Positions 38,461 to 52,246 of a stretch of DNA of 64,000 nt are shown in pieces. The stretch is from Octopus bimaculoides. Lineage: Eukaryota. Every line of letters starts with the position of its first letter. Position 1 is the first letter of the stretch. The stretch is taken from positions 92,186,739 to 92,250,738 of the forward strand of contig NC_068990.1 in NCBI RefSeq assembly GCF_001194135.2. Direction: 5' to 3'. A model generated the notes under the pieces. That model was given only the letters and a program-made list of their open reading frames with translations. It made no database searches and was not told where the DNA came from. Position numbers and translations under genes: made by a program.

Positions 38461-38669
38461 TTCTGTCCCTTTCTCTCTCTTGTCCTCTCTCTCACTCTCT
38501 CTTTCTCTCTCTTGTCCTCTCTCTCACTCTCTCACTCTCCCCTCTTATTGCATTTTTCTGCTTTACCATTCCTTAATAATCATATGCCTTATTTACACAT
38601 GAATCCACTAGAAACCATTGATCACATGACTATAATACCATGCAACATACATACATATAGTTGTTTTCT

Positions 38670-38704
<35 letters not shown>

Positions 38705-38705
<1 letters not shown>

Positions 38706-38915
38706 CCTTTCTACTACAGGCCCGAGACCTGAAATTTTAGGGTGTGGGGGTGCTAGTTGATTGCATTGGCCCCAGTATTCAGCTGGTACTTAATATATTG
38801 ACCCCCAAATGGATGAAAGGTAAAGTTGATCTTGGCGGCATTTGCTTTCTGAACATAAAGCTGGAAGGAATGCTGCTAGGCATTTTGTCCAGCATCTTGA
38901 TGATTCTGCTAGTTC
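38705..38915 (-). mobile_element. SINE family A
   Basis: cccagtattcagctggtacttaat...ggatgaaaggtaaagttgatc. Confidence 0.8.
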
Positions 38916-38924
38916 ACCGCGGTG

Positions 38925-38959
38925 GTGATGATGATAATGCTGATGCTGCTACTGATGAC

Positions 38960-39029
<70 letters not shown>

Positions 39030-39105
39030 ATGATGGAAGGAGGAGGAGAAGAAGAAGAAGAAGAAGAAGAAGAAGAAGAAGAAGAAGAGGTGGTGGTGGT
39101 GGAAA
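38925..39105. repeat. Compound (GAT)n(GAA)n(GGT)n microsatellite
   Basis: Directly visible. Confidence 0.95.
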
Positions 39106-39364
39106 CATTCTATTTTTATGCTTTTCCTGACACACTGTTGTACATTATTTTTATCCACGGACTTTTATAGATTCATTTTAGTTAATGCAGATTACCTTTA
39201 TCCTTCAACTAAGGATCTCCCTGTAAACTATTAGGAATAAGACAATGCTTCTTTGCAAGAATGAAAGCTTTATAACAATGAGTTTCCCTTATAATGAGGC
39301 ACACATTCTTTTATTCTAGCATTCTTTTGTTCTAACATTCTTTTATGCTAATAGTCTTTTATTC

Positions 39365-39560
39365 TTTTACTTGTTTCAGTCATTTGACTGCAGCCATGCT
39401 GGAGCACCACCTTTAGTCAAACAAATCGACCCCAGGACTTGATTTTGGTCGGCCTGAGGCTATAGTAGAAGATACTTGCCTTATGGTGCCACACAGTGGA
39501 GCTGAACCCAGAACCATGTGGTTGGGAAGCAAGCTTCCTACCACACAGCCACTCCTGTGC
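39365..39560 (-). mobile_element. SINE family B with internal deletion
   Basis: cttgtttcagtcatttgactgcagccatgctggagcacc...gaaccatgtggttgggaagcaagctt. Confidence 0.8.
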
Positions 39561-41512
39561 CTATTCTTTGCTAACAGTCTTTGACATTGCTGATAATAAT
39601 TTATTCTAATATTCTGATCGTGTCAGTATTCTCCTGAGATTCCATGTCTGTGCTTGGAACAGAGTCTTGTTTTACATACTTCCCATTTCATTTCCAGCTA
39701 AATTTACCAGACAAGAACGATATCTACAACTTGTTTGTAAAGGATTTGCTTACCAATTTTAAAACAGATTTGGTAACTCAAGCTTACAAAATTAAACACC
39801 AGAATAATTGCAAAGGAAGCTAATTCTAGGTATGGATACCAGAAATAGCAGAATGCTTAGTGGTATTTAGTTATGTTCATCTACATTCTGAGTTCAAATC
39901 CAGCTGAAGTTGGTTTTATCATTAATTTTTTTCAGCATCAATAAAATAATTATCAATCAAGTGTTGGAGATTGAGTGTTTCTTTCCTCCATATTTGTGCC
40001 AATGCACCAATGTCAGAAATGGTTGGCAGAGCAGCAAGAAAAATGCACCCTTCCTATTATGAGTTCAATTCTTGTTGTAGCTGACTTTACTGTTTCTACA
40101 TTTAGAATTGATGAAATAAGTACCAGCGATATATTGATAAATGCAGTTAACATAATTGACTATATCCCTCTCACACAAATGTGTAAACTTGTACCAATGC
40201 CAAGAAACAATCATATTTGTTATATATATATAGAAAGAAGAAACACAATATACTTCAAGCTAGACTTAATGAATTCCCCTTGAAGTGATTCTGAGAGCAA
40301 CAGTTATGTACTTCACCATTGTTGCAGCTTCTCAGTGTCACATACTTATGATGCAAAAGCACTACATAAGCAAAATAAATTTGACTTATGCACTGAAGCC
40401 TAGCTATGAAGTGTATTTCTTTTTCAAAACACAATATGTCTATAGAGGGTTTTTTCCAGAAAGAAAATTGCAGCTTGTGGTGTTTCGATTACACACATAT
40501 ATTAGATATGATATATCTAAATGGTTTTTACTACAGAGCTGTTTTCATTGCATAATTCATATTTTATTTTGCTTATGCAGTGCCTTTTCATATCAGTGTA
40601 TAGTTTATATACTTTTCCTAAATACTTCAGACTTTCTAATTCAGTTTCATTTCAGAAGTGATGCAAGTACATAAGAAGCCACAATAATGGTGAAATAAGT
40701 ATTTGTTGCTTTCACAATCATTTCTGGAGCAATTTCGTTTTGCTTAGCTTTGAAATATATTGTGCGTCTTTAGCAAAATACATTTGTAAAGAAATGTTTC
40801 CCGGATAAAAATGGAAGCTTCAAGGATTTCGATTATGCTCATACATTATGTTATATTGATAGAGTTTTCACTATATAGCTGCTTCCATTGCATTTGTAGG
40901 GATTCAAACCCCAAAGATATTCGGTTAGGAATCATGAGTAAAAGCCATCACAGTTTCATGTGATTGATCTATAAATCAACCAATCAGTGGATGATCTAAA
41001 ATTTGTCCCCTTTTCGCCCTGTAAAAACCATTCAGTGCCTAGTTCAACCAGACAGTCTCAACAGACCTCTAAGACCAAATGACCTTGGGCATTCGGTTGG
41101 ACGACCTCGGATATTCATGTAAATCACCTTGGGCATTCACAAGGCAAACTGCTAAAACCAGACCATCTCGGGCTTTTGAATAGATCACCTCAAGCAAGAA
41201 ATGATTTTGGACACACACACAAAAAGTACCAGCAAGTTTTCTACAGACACAGCATGGTCCTTCACCTCCCAGTGGGCAGTGATAGTAACGGCAGCTTTCG
41301 TTTGTAAACAGTCAACGTAGTAAACCAGGTCCAACAATAAATATGTTAGAAGTTAAGAGTTTGTGAGTTTGAACCATTTATTATACATGAAACCAGCCAG
41401 ACCACAAGACAACGGTCTTTAGCAACACCATCCACATCCAACATTGCAACCCCACAACAATGGTGACCAAGCATCTTCACAACACATATAATTCAACTAT
41501 ATACACACATAC

Positions 41513-41571
<59 letters not shown>

Positions 41572-41614
41572 NNNNNNNNNNNNNNNNNNNNNNNNNNNNN
41601 NNNNNNNNNNNNNN

Positions 41615-41686
<72 letters not shown>

Positions 41687-42270
41687 AGAAATGGAAAATG
41701 GAAATAAAAGCACAAGATGTTGTTTATATAAATGATTTAAATAACTCCATGTGTGTTTGTCTCCATTTTCCAGTTCTCTTATAGTCTCCAAAACACGTCT
41801 CAATTCTCCTTGGAATTATTACCCATGTATGTGTGGTTAATAATATCTTAAAATGCTTATGTGATATTTGGCTACCCTGGTAACATTTCTCCAGACTTCT
41901 CTTGAAAATCAAACATATATACCAACATGTACATATATGTGTAATTGATCAGCAGTTTATAAGTCTGAAAAAGTACACTATAAAAAATATTTTGATGAAT
42001 AGTAATATTTTATGCGGTCATTGGCAATGATCAGTCAGAAAGTTACTATTGGCTTCACATCCTGTTATTGGTGACTCATCAAACCTGCAGGTAGGAGATA
42101 CATAACCTCATACAGAGGTGTCTGTCTCCCATTTGTTTGTGCATTTATTGTATTTGTTTTTTTTTTAACTTATTCTCTTTTTTTTAACGCATTCTCTTCT
42201 TTTGTTTACAGTATATATATATATATAAATTTATATATCTATATATGTAAAATATATTTAACATTACATA

Positions 42271-42319
<49 letters not shown>

Positions 42320-43069
42320 GATTATATAAATATATAATCCCTGTCTATTGCCTTCAATTATGCTCTAATTTTGATAAAAGCGAATATTTTAACCGTTGGA
42401 CACTAGGGACAATCTAGCTTTTGGAAATCAATGACGTAGGAAAAGAAACCATTTATAGAAGAAGGTAAATGTATAAAATGGTAAAACTACTAGAATATCT
42501 TTGTGAAGAGACTTCAAAGAGGAAGCAATCGATAAATAACTGGAAATAGCGGAGCAAAAGTGACTTGTTTATGGTTTCTCTAATAAATGACTCTTGAAAT
42601 AGGACACAGAAGGAATGGGGAAGGAGTTTTCCAGGAGATTTGCAGTCTTACAATGTAACATTTTTAGAGATTACCAAAACCACCACCACCACCACCTCCA
42701 CTGCCAGCATTATTATCGTTGTTGTTGTGGTTTGTTTTTTGTTTTTTACTGATGGTGGATTTACTGCAGAAAGACATCTTAAAACAAATCTTGTTTGAAT
42801 TGTTATTTACATATTGGCTTTTCTATAAAGTAATTTAAAAATGATTTGCGTGAAAGCTAGCCTAGCTAGAATTAAATTAACATACACACTAGAAGCAGTC
42901 TTAGATGAAAAAAAACCCAAAAAAAATGCCAGTGTACATAACATTTGTAGTGTGTATACAAATATGGAAAGATACTAAGCTGTAATATCTTGTCTCAGAG
43001 AAAACTCTCAAAGAGATTTATATTTTTAAAAGTCTGGGCTTCGCTCAGGGAGCTGGTGGATTGCCAGAC

Positions 43070-43245
43070 ATGTGTTCTGACCTGATTTGTCTTCTCTCTG
43101 ATGAATGTTCTGAGCTAAACTGTAGACACACTGCCAGATCAGACTGGAGCCTGGTGCAGCCTCCTGGCTTCCCAGACCCCAGTCAAGCCGTCCAACCCAT
43201 GCCAGCATGGAAAACGGACGTTAAACGATGATGATGATGATGATG
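43070..43245 (+). mobile_element. RTE 3' tail (family C)
   Basis: ctgccagatcagactggagcctggtgcagcc...ccaacccatgccagcatggaaaacggacgttaaacgatgatg. Confidence 0.9.
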
Positions 43246-43734
43246 ATCCCTTGATCAGAGATGGTGTGAGAATATTGTGGAAAAGGAGGAGATAGGGAAT
43301 AAAGAGGGAAATAAGAGAATGAAAGTAGAAATAAGATATGTAAAGAGATTTGTAGTTGCAGTTCCATTATTTGAGGAAAATGGTGTATAGAAGTAATGAA
43401 AAAGTTTCCTGTAAATAGTGTGTAAGTTCCAGTAGCAGCTTAGGTTTAGTCATTTCAAAGAATGGAGCCATGGAATCAGTGTTGCTCGTTCGAAGGGATA
43501 TCCATAATATCCCAGAAACAGCTGTAAGACTATTTCATTATGAATGTCCTGAAAACTCCTCACAGCCTTGGATTTGTTATCTCCTTCTGTCTAATATATA
43601 TATGCATGCTAATAACAAGACCCACATTAGACTCTTCACTCGTATCATTATCAAACCAAAAGTTTAACCATGGTCTATCCATAACACTTATTTAGCGTTA
43701 CCTGACACTCTTTGGGTCTTCTAGATACCAATAC

Positions 43735-43791
<57 letters not shown>

Positions 43792-43834
43792 GTATAAGAA
43801 AGAGAGATGACAAAGGAATAAGTGATTATCTTAT

Positions 43835-44390
43835 TTATCATCATTTAATGTCCACTTTTCCGTGCTTGCATAGGTCGGACAAAATTTGTTGGGACAAATT
43901 TTATGGCTGGATGCCTTTCCTGTCACCAACCCACACCTGTCTCCAACCCTCCCTCACCACTTTGTAAGCAAGGCAATATTTTCCATGGCCAGGTATGTTT
44001 CCCACAAAAGACTGCAAATGAATATCATTGCTTCTATCATGGGGACGCTCGTTTACAATCACCATTATAATATCAAGACAAGGGTGCACTCAAAAACATA
44101 CCAAATCCATTCACAAGGCCTTGGTTGGCTTGAGACTATAGAAAAAATACTTGCCCAAGGTGGTAGACAGTGAGACTGAACCTAAGACACCATAGGTTGG
44201 GAAGCAAGCGTTTTAACCACACAGCCATGCCTGTGCATTATACATATGTGTGTATTGTGTATGTATAAGCTGTATATGTTTATATGTAAAAATATGTGTG
44301 TGTGTATACACATACATCATCATCATCATCATCATCGTTTAACGTCCGCTTTCCATGCTAGCATGGGTTGGACGATTTGACTGAGGACTA
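43835..44390 (-). mobile_element. Stack of three minus-strand repeats: family C variant (43835-44080), family B head (44085-44235), family C tail (44320-44390)
   Basis: Each part matches the reverse complement of copies elsewhere in the window. Confidence 0.75.
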
Positions 44391-44541
44391 TATATATATA
44401 TGTATGTATGTATAAAAATATATATATCCACATGCATATAAACATATAACTAACATGTGTGTGTTTATTCCTATATGAATACTTATTTACATAGATGTAT
44501 ACATACATACACCCTCCCTCTCTCCCTCTCTGTCTCTGTCT

Positions 44542-44574
<33 letters not shown>

Positions 44575-45970
44575 CGCGGTAAGAGGCGTGGTGTTTTCAG
44601 ACGCTTGATACTCTTATCGGCAGAAACACCCAGTTTAAAGCAATTTTAATTCCACCCTAAACTTGAAGGAAATATTCATAACAGGGTAGGAAAAGATGAA
44701 AAGCCACAATTAAATATTTTTACAGATCTCTCCATATTTTAAATGTCTGCAGACAAATCAGCTGATACTTCTCGTTCCACAAATATATAGTTTCCTTCAA
44801 CAAATCCCCAACATATTCCTGCCTTTTTCTCCCTTTTTTGTCAACATTATCACCACCTCCATCATTATTTTCATCATCCTCTCATTTCTATCTGCAAAGA
44901 CATACACACCCTCATATTAATATACATACACATGCATATATATATACATGTACCAAGACACAGTACACACAGATATTCATGCACATACATACATGCATGC
45001 ATACATACACACATAGTCATACATATGCATATACATAAACATACATAAATACACACATACATAGCTACATATACACAAACATACATATACACATATGCAC
45101 ACAGACATACATACACACATTCATTCATGCACACATACATATACACACAGGAAGCAACTGTTTTTTTTTTTTCTTTTTGCCATTCACACACTTTCTCGCC
45201 CCTTCTTTTTCTCTCTCTTCCCGCTACTCACCCTCTATCTCTTCCCCTCTCCCACTTTATCTCTTCTCTTCACTCACCCGAACTCACTTCTCCTCTCTCT
45301 CTCTCTCTCTCTCACTTCTCTCTAACATTGGTTAATATACACTTGGAAGCGACTTAAGTGAATACCCATGGAATTATGGAACCGTGCTGGCTAAATATGT
45401 TACATACATATGTTTTTATACGTATACAAAAAATATAATGTAAACATAACAGCATATTAGCATCTTTCCCTTTCTGCTTGCCTGTCTGTCTGTCTCTCCT
45501 TGACCCCCCCCTCTCCCTATATACATCTGTATATATATATATATATATACATATACACACACATACATACACACATATACTCACATACACACACACGTGC
45601 ACACAAATACACACATGTATGTTCTACTATCTTATTATTCAGAAGTTTGGTTAGCATAACAACAATAATAACTATAATAATGCCTTCTAATAACATGGGG
45701 CCATCTGTCAGGATAATGTCAGCAATAAACTCAGGTTGTCTAAGTAGCAGACACCTGTCTCACTGCCAAAAATAACACCTCTGGTTCCTTACATTAACTC
45801 CCACCCCCACCTACTTTACCCTCTCTCTCTCTCACCCTCTCTTTTTTCTCTGTTGCATCTCCCACATTAACCCTTCCTTCCTTCCCTCCTTGCATTCCTT
45901 CCATTCAAATAACGGTGACCAGCGACACATCTTTTTTTTTTCTTTCTTTTTCGCTTTTCAAATTCTAAAG

Positions 45971-46150
45971 ATGTCGCTGAAGTTAAAGATGTATTCGTTT
46001 GACACAAATGATAAGTCTAACATGGGGTCAGCTCCTTCAGTTACGAGAGCAACAAGAACTTTGGGCCCCATGAATGTAGCTGATGACGACAGTTTGCACT
46101 GGCAGCAACCACAGGAATTAAAATTTACCACTTTCAAGTATCCTCCAATG
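45971..46150 (+). CDS. Gene 2 coding exon (180 nt, phase 0 to 0), MSLKLKMYSFDTNDKSNMGSAPSVTRATRTLGPMNVADDDSLHWQQPQELKFTTFKYPPM; product unknown
   Basis: Long pyrimidine tract then ttctaaag|ATG, consensus donor ATG|gtaagt, only this frame open, non-repetitive and more GC-rich than its surroundings. Confidence 0.7.
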
Positions 46151-46194
46151 GTAAGTAGATCTTTTTTATTTAATTAGTATACATACATGCATAT

Positions 46195-46276
<82 letters not shown>

Positions 46277-46629
46277 AGAGAGACAGACAGAGATATACAT
46301 ACATACATGTATTTTATATCTATGTGTGTGTGTATGTGTATGTGTGTGTATAGTGTAGTGTATGTGTGTGTATATGCATGTCTATACATATGTGTGTGTA
46401 TATTTTGTTATCTGTTATAGATTTTAGTTATTGGCTTTGGCACAACATTCAAGATGTTCCATTGGTCATTTTGACCACAACACTTATTTCACTTTGAAAC
46501 TTATTTTTCCCCACTCCACCCCACCCCACTCTCGCTTTTATTGCACTGTTAGTTATCATGTTGACATAAAGAGATACAGCTGAATACCAGTTTATACACA
46601 GGTACACAAACACAGACACATTTATATTC

Positions 46630-46840
46630 TTTTCTGCTCTAGGTACAAGGCCCGAAATTTTGGGGGAGGGGCCCAGTTGATTAGATCGACCCCAGTATGC
46701 AACTGGTACTTAATTTATTGACCCTGAAAGGATGAATGGCAAAGTCGATCTTGGCGGAATTTGAACTCAGAATGTAAAGACAGACAAAATACCGCTAAGC
46801 ATTTCGCCCAGCGTGCTAACGTCTCTGCCAGCTCACCACC
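46630..46840 (-). mobile_element. SINE family A, near-intact
   Basis: Reverse complement of 2013-2238. Confidence 0.9.
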
Positions 46841-47148
46841 TTATATCAGCTCACCACCTATATTGTTGTTGACAATGGTACAGCTATTGATGCAGTTGTT
46901 GTTTAGCTCCAAGTAGATCCTGGTTAACCAAACCCCATGTTCAAAGACATTCCTGACATGCCCACCCTGTTGTGGTCAACCCATGTTCATGAAGTTATGA
47001 CACAGAATTACATAATGCAATATGTCCTTCCCTTGTTTAAAACAATGTCATTTGAGAGAGATTTAACTGCTATTTCTAGAAAGTCTACATATACCCATGG
47101 TGATGGCAGCGGTGGTATTTGTGATGGGTGGTATTGTTGTTGGGGTGA

Positions 47149-47182
<34 letters not shown>

Positions 47183-47193
47183 GGTGGTGGTGG

Positions 47194-47224
<31 letters not shown>

Positions 47225-47654
47225 ATCGGTGGTCGCATAGTTGTTAATGCAAGTGATGAAATAGTGAAGCGTGGCAGTCTGGTGTTGAGTGATGGCAGGA
47301 TTGTGTTCTGTTCTTTGGAGTAACGTTGTCAAGTGTTGTGTTGTATGAAATAGTGTTGTGTAGCATTGTATAGGATAGCAGTGTTATATAGAAAAAGTAT
47401 TATCTTGGCATGGACAACATGTAGTACTAGAGCCACATGTGGTGCTTTACAATCTTTTGAGTGACACGTGTAATGGCATTGAAATTGTGACAATCTTGAG
47501 ATGTGACTTTAATATATTTCAAGAATTTACTTAGATGGTCACCGTACTAAATAAAGTGTTTGGTAAATTTTTGTTTTAACGGTGTTGCATGATTCAGGAT
47601 GAGTAATATATGATGAGGACTGACACGAGAGAAAAGTTGCCCATGCTTGTTTGA

Positions 47655-48280
47655 ATCATCATCATCGTCATCATCGTCATTGTCTTTCAATGTCTGTATT
47701 CCATTCTGGCATGGGTTGGATGGTTTGACAGAAGCTGATAAGGCCAGGAACCACACCAGGCTTCATTGTCTGTCCTAGTATGGTTTCTATGGCTGGATGC
47801 TCTTCCTGTCACCAACCACTCCACAGAGTGTACTGGGTGCTTTTTATATGGCACCAGCATGAATGCTTTTCAAATGGAACCAACACCGGCACTGATTTTT
47901 CTGTGGTGGACGGGTCTTCTTGAGTACAGCAAGGCACCAAGTATCTCAGTCCTCAGTCATCTCCTTCATAAGGCTCAGTGTCCAGAGATCGTCCTTCAAT
48001 ACTTTGTCCCCTGTCTTCCTGGGACTCCCTCCTTCCACAAGTTCCATCCATTTTAAGTGATCATCACTTCTGTATGCAACCATCAACATCCATCCGCATC
48101 ACATGACCAAACCAACACAGTCTTCTCTCTTGCACACTGCAGCTAATTCCTTTTGTGCCCAACTTTTCCCTCAATACACTGGCACTCTGTCACACACATG
48201 TACACTCACATGGCACATCCAGTGCCACATACTAGCTTCATTCCTCTCTTGGTTTTGCCTTTATCCCAACTAAGTATAGA
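47655..48280 (-). mobile_element. RTE LINE 3' end
   Basis: Minus-strand LVEGGSPRKTGDKVLKDDLWTLSLMKEMTED*DTWCLAVLKKTR plus the family C tail. Confidence 0.8.
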
Positions 48281-49689
48281 TGCAGATGTGTTACCTAAGA
48301 TTAATTTTGAGGATCTGATCAAAGACTTTGCAATTCTAAAAAGTAGGAAGAAACTTTTCAAATATAAATAAAGTGGAAGTATAAAAAAAATGAACATTAT
48401 TTTCCCTCTTATTGTTTTGTTTCATTTTGAAAAATAAAAAATTATTTTATGGTTTGTTATTGTTAATCTTTTATGGGGGCACCAAAATGTTTTAAGTGCT
48501 TAGGGCCTCGATGGGTCTTAAGCCAGCCCTGGTTGATGTAATCAACTTCCCCCATCTCCTCAAAAAGTGTTGGCCCTCAGTAAGTGACACAGGTTGTTGA
48601 AACTGCACATGTCCGTAGAGTAAATCCTTGTTTATGGTAACCATGTTTTACTGTTCTTCATCATTGCAGACAAATAATGGATTCCAAACAGGAGCAACCT
48701 GCCATCATTGTTATGATTATTGTGGTTATTATTGTTATGGTTGCTGTCATTGTTACTGTACTGCTTACTACTACTACTACTACTACCACTAGTACTACTA
48801 CTACTACTACTACTGATGTGCACAAACATCTTGGCTGCCTCTGCAGGGACAGTTGGGAGACAAACTGCAAATTGTGTTGTATATGTCGATCCCTGAAGAC
48901 AAGTCAACATAAACCATCACCACCTTCACTTCTGCCTCCACCACAACCACCACATCACCACCACTACCAAAACCACCACTACAAAATCTACCCTCACCAT
49001 CCACCACCACCACCACCACCACCACCACTGTCACCACAGCCATCCCAACTATTGGTTGAGCTGTGATTATTTGGTGTGACTGTCTGCTGCTCCCAAATAA
49101 ACCAGTCACAATATTTAGATTTTATAAACATGTTTGTTTACAGATTGATGCTACACTTGTTCCTTAACATGAAGCTGTTACGTTGTATTCCAATAGTTAC
49201 TGTGTAAGAATGCATGCTTGCTTAGAGGACATCTTTTTACACGAGGTTGAAGCAACATGGCTGCCAGCCAACCAAGAGAACCTCTCGGAGTCCTCTTGCT
49301 CCTCTGGTTACTTCTGCCTTGTATTTCCTGTGCAACTCAATTTATAACCATCATTTGGTATGAAATTATGCGGAATTGTCCATTAATTTTGCCACCATAC
49401 AAGTATGTGCCAGAACAATGATTCGCTGAAATATGGTCTCAGATCATCTGATAAGGACTGCCACTGCTGAATATGCAAACTTGATATGCTGTGGCCTTTC
49501 TCATCACTGAACTGACAGGGTTTGAATATTGAGTACTACAACCACTACTGTCACTACTCCCTCACCACCACTACTACTGCCAAAACCACCATTATTAACA
49601 TTACAGTCATGCTCACTACCATCACAACATCACCACACTAACATTACAACCACAACCACCACTATCAGTACCATATTACTGCCACAACT

Positions 49690-49896
49690 ACAGGAGTGGC
49701 TGTGTGGTAAGTAACTTGCTTACCAGCCACATACATGGTCCTGGATTCAGTCCCACTTCATGGCACCTTGGGCAAGTGTCTTCTACTATAGCCTTGGGCT
49801 GATCAAAGCCTTGGGCTGATCAAAGCCTTGTGAGTGGATTTGGTAGATGGAAACTGAAAGAAGCTTGTCATATATATATATATATATATTTATATG

Positions 49897-49927
<31 letters not shown>

Positions 49928-49932
49928 GTATG

Positions 49933-49963
<31 letters not shown>

Positions 49964-50160
49964 ATATGCTTGTGTGCCTGTGTTTGTCCCCCCACCATCC
50001 TTTGACAACTGATGCTGGTGTGTTTACATCCCCATCACTTAGCGGTTTGGCAAAAGAGACCGATAGAGTAGGTACTAGGCTTACAAAGAATAAGCTCTGA
50101 GGTGAATTTGCTCGACTAAAGGTGGTGCTCCGGCATGGCCGCAGTCAAATGACTGAAACA
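49690..50160 (+). mobile_element. SINE family B, near full length
   Basis: ggagtggctgtgtggtaag...ttcagtcccact..ggcaccttgggcaagtgtcttctactatagcc...gcatggccgcagtcaaatgactgaaac. Confidence 0.9.
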
Positions 50161-50509
50161 AATTTTAAAAATGTATATATATATTCACACACACACGCTC
50201 ACACATATATAACCACATTATATATGCATGTGTGTTTATATAAGCATATATGTATGTATGTATATATGTACGTTCATGTATATGTGTGTGTATATACATG
50301 CATGTGTGTGTGTATATATATATATAAATTCAGAAGAGTGGTACAACAACGCACTGATATTCACTGGAAATTAATACATTTGTATTGAAATATTTTTCAT
50401 TGATATATATATATATATATATATATATACATGCATATGTGTGTGTGTCTTCTGTCTTCATCAGTTTCTTATTTTAAAACCCATCTTTCTCTGAGAAGAA
50501 ATTATTATC

Positions 50510-50745
50510 CTGCATGTACATTTGACCAATTACTCCACTGTCCACTCTGTTATCTTAGAAGTTATTGAAGTTGGTCAATCAAATACATTTGTCCAGTGTG
50601 ATTACTTGGTCAATTACTTCAGTATCCACTCTGTTATCTCGTAGACTATTGAGGCTGGACAGTCAAGTATATATTTGTTCAGTGTATTTGATCAATTATT
50701 TCAGTGTCCACTCTTTTATCTTAGAAACTGCTGAGATTCATTCAG
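50510..50745 (+). repeat. About 83-bp tandem repeat, about 2.8 units
   Basis: ttg(a/g)(c/t)caatta..tca(c/g)t(g/a)tccactct(g/t)ttatct recurs near 50522, 50606 and 50688. Confidence 0.8.
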
Positions 50746-50905
50746 AAATCAAATAATTCTCTTTTTTTTTTTTTTTGCAATTGTTGTGGAGTAAAATATA
50801 CATGTTTTTGCTTTATTTTTTCATGCTGTTCTTCAACATTCTACTCTTTCCCTGACTAAATCACCTCCATGTTTACTACATGTTCCAGTCTTATTTATTT
50901 AACAG

Positions 50906-50918
50906 GTCACATGCCAAG
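50906..50918 (+). CDS. Candidate 13-nt microexon GTCACATGCCAAG (VTCQ + G)
   Basis: tcttatttatttaacag|...|gtaaat with an upstream ctgact branch-like motif; phase 0 start fits the 46150 donor. Confidence 0.3.
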
Positions 50919-51333
50919 GTAAATTATTGCTTATACAATAAACAAAATATAAAAATATATTCATACACGCGAAAGCATTTTATTCAGATATTGTTGGTTA
51001 GCATTGGTTGTAGCTGTAAGCAATGACAGCTATAATGGTTAGTATCATTGGCTATAATAATTCATATTAATGGCTATGATAGTGTTGTTAGCGACCACAA
51101 ATTGTATTAAGTAGAGGGGTGGGTTATAATAGTATTGGTTGCTATAACAATTATTAATGGTTATATTATTTAGTGATAGTAGGTTAACTGACAATCTTCC
51201 TCAAAAAATTCTTTCCCAGGTCTGCATATACATATATGTGTAGAAGCATTGACTACTTTGACCAATGGAGACACTCATGTATGCGCATATGTAATCATGT
51301 ATGTAATCATGTATGTATCTATGTATGCATGTA

Positions 51334-51371
<38 letters not shown>

Positions 51372-51629
51372 GGTGTTTTCCCTTAGGTTTATTTAAGTTC
51401 TCCTTTCGTGGATTTCAAATCAGTCACTAACAAATTGACAAAACCCTTTTTTTGGTTAAGGCACTTGAATTAGTATGTGTATATATGTGGGTATATGCAC
51501 CTGTACTTATGTTCTGTACAAACGTCTCTTTTGTAATTATGCATGTGTGTGTGTGTGTGTGCGTGTGCGCGTGTGTGTGTGTGTGTGCGTGTGTGTACAT
51601 CATTATTCTTTTTACATATTTCTTACAAA

Positions 51630-51845
51630 AGCACCATCCGATCGTGGTCGATGCCAGCTCCTCTGGGCCCTGTGCTGGTGGCACGTAAAAAGCACCCACT
51701 ACACCCTTGGAGTGGTTAGCGTTAAGAAGGGCATCCAACTGTAGAAACACTGCCAGATCAGATTGGGACCTGGTGCAGCCTCCTGGTTTCCCAGACCCCA
51801 GTCGAACTGTCCAACCCATGCTAGCATGGAAAACGATGATGATGT
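51630..51845 (+). mobile_element. RTE 3' tail (family C)
   Basis: ggcacgtaaaaagcacc...gaagggcatccaactgtagaaacactgccagatcag...ccaacccatgctagcatgg. Confidence 0.9.
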
Positions 51846-52214
51846 TGTTGCACAAGACTGTTAATAAGTATAATGCCAAAAAGCTAGGGTTTTCAAACAA
51901 ACACTCTGACCAGCTAACTAGCACTTTGCAAATACAATCTGCCAGCGAAATGGTAAAAATTTCTTAATTTCAAAATGTAAATCTTCAGTATTGTTCTTCT
52001 AAGAATTTAAGTAACAGAGTTTTGTTTCAAAGTAAGAAACAACATCATGCTGCATTGGAGGTTAGAACCTTACTGACACTGTTTGGCACCTGCTGATCAC
52101 AAGTAATATCTTACACAGGAATGTGACATAATGTGAAATTCTTGGCCACAACATCTGGGACATTGAATGACTTCAATGTCTTGCTTTTTTTTTTTTTGTT
52201 GATATAAGGAAGAC

Positions 52215-52246
<32 letters not shown>

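Noticed and set aside
42418-42464. 47-nt candidate exon LLEINDVGKETIYRR
   Set aside because: Weak acceptor, and its phase-2 end cannot join the phase-0 exon at 45971.
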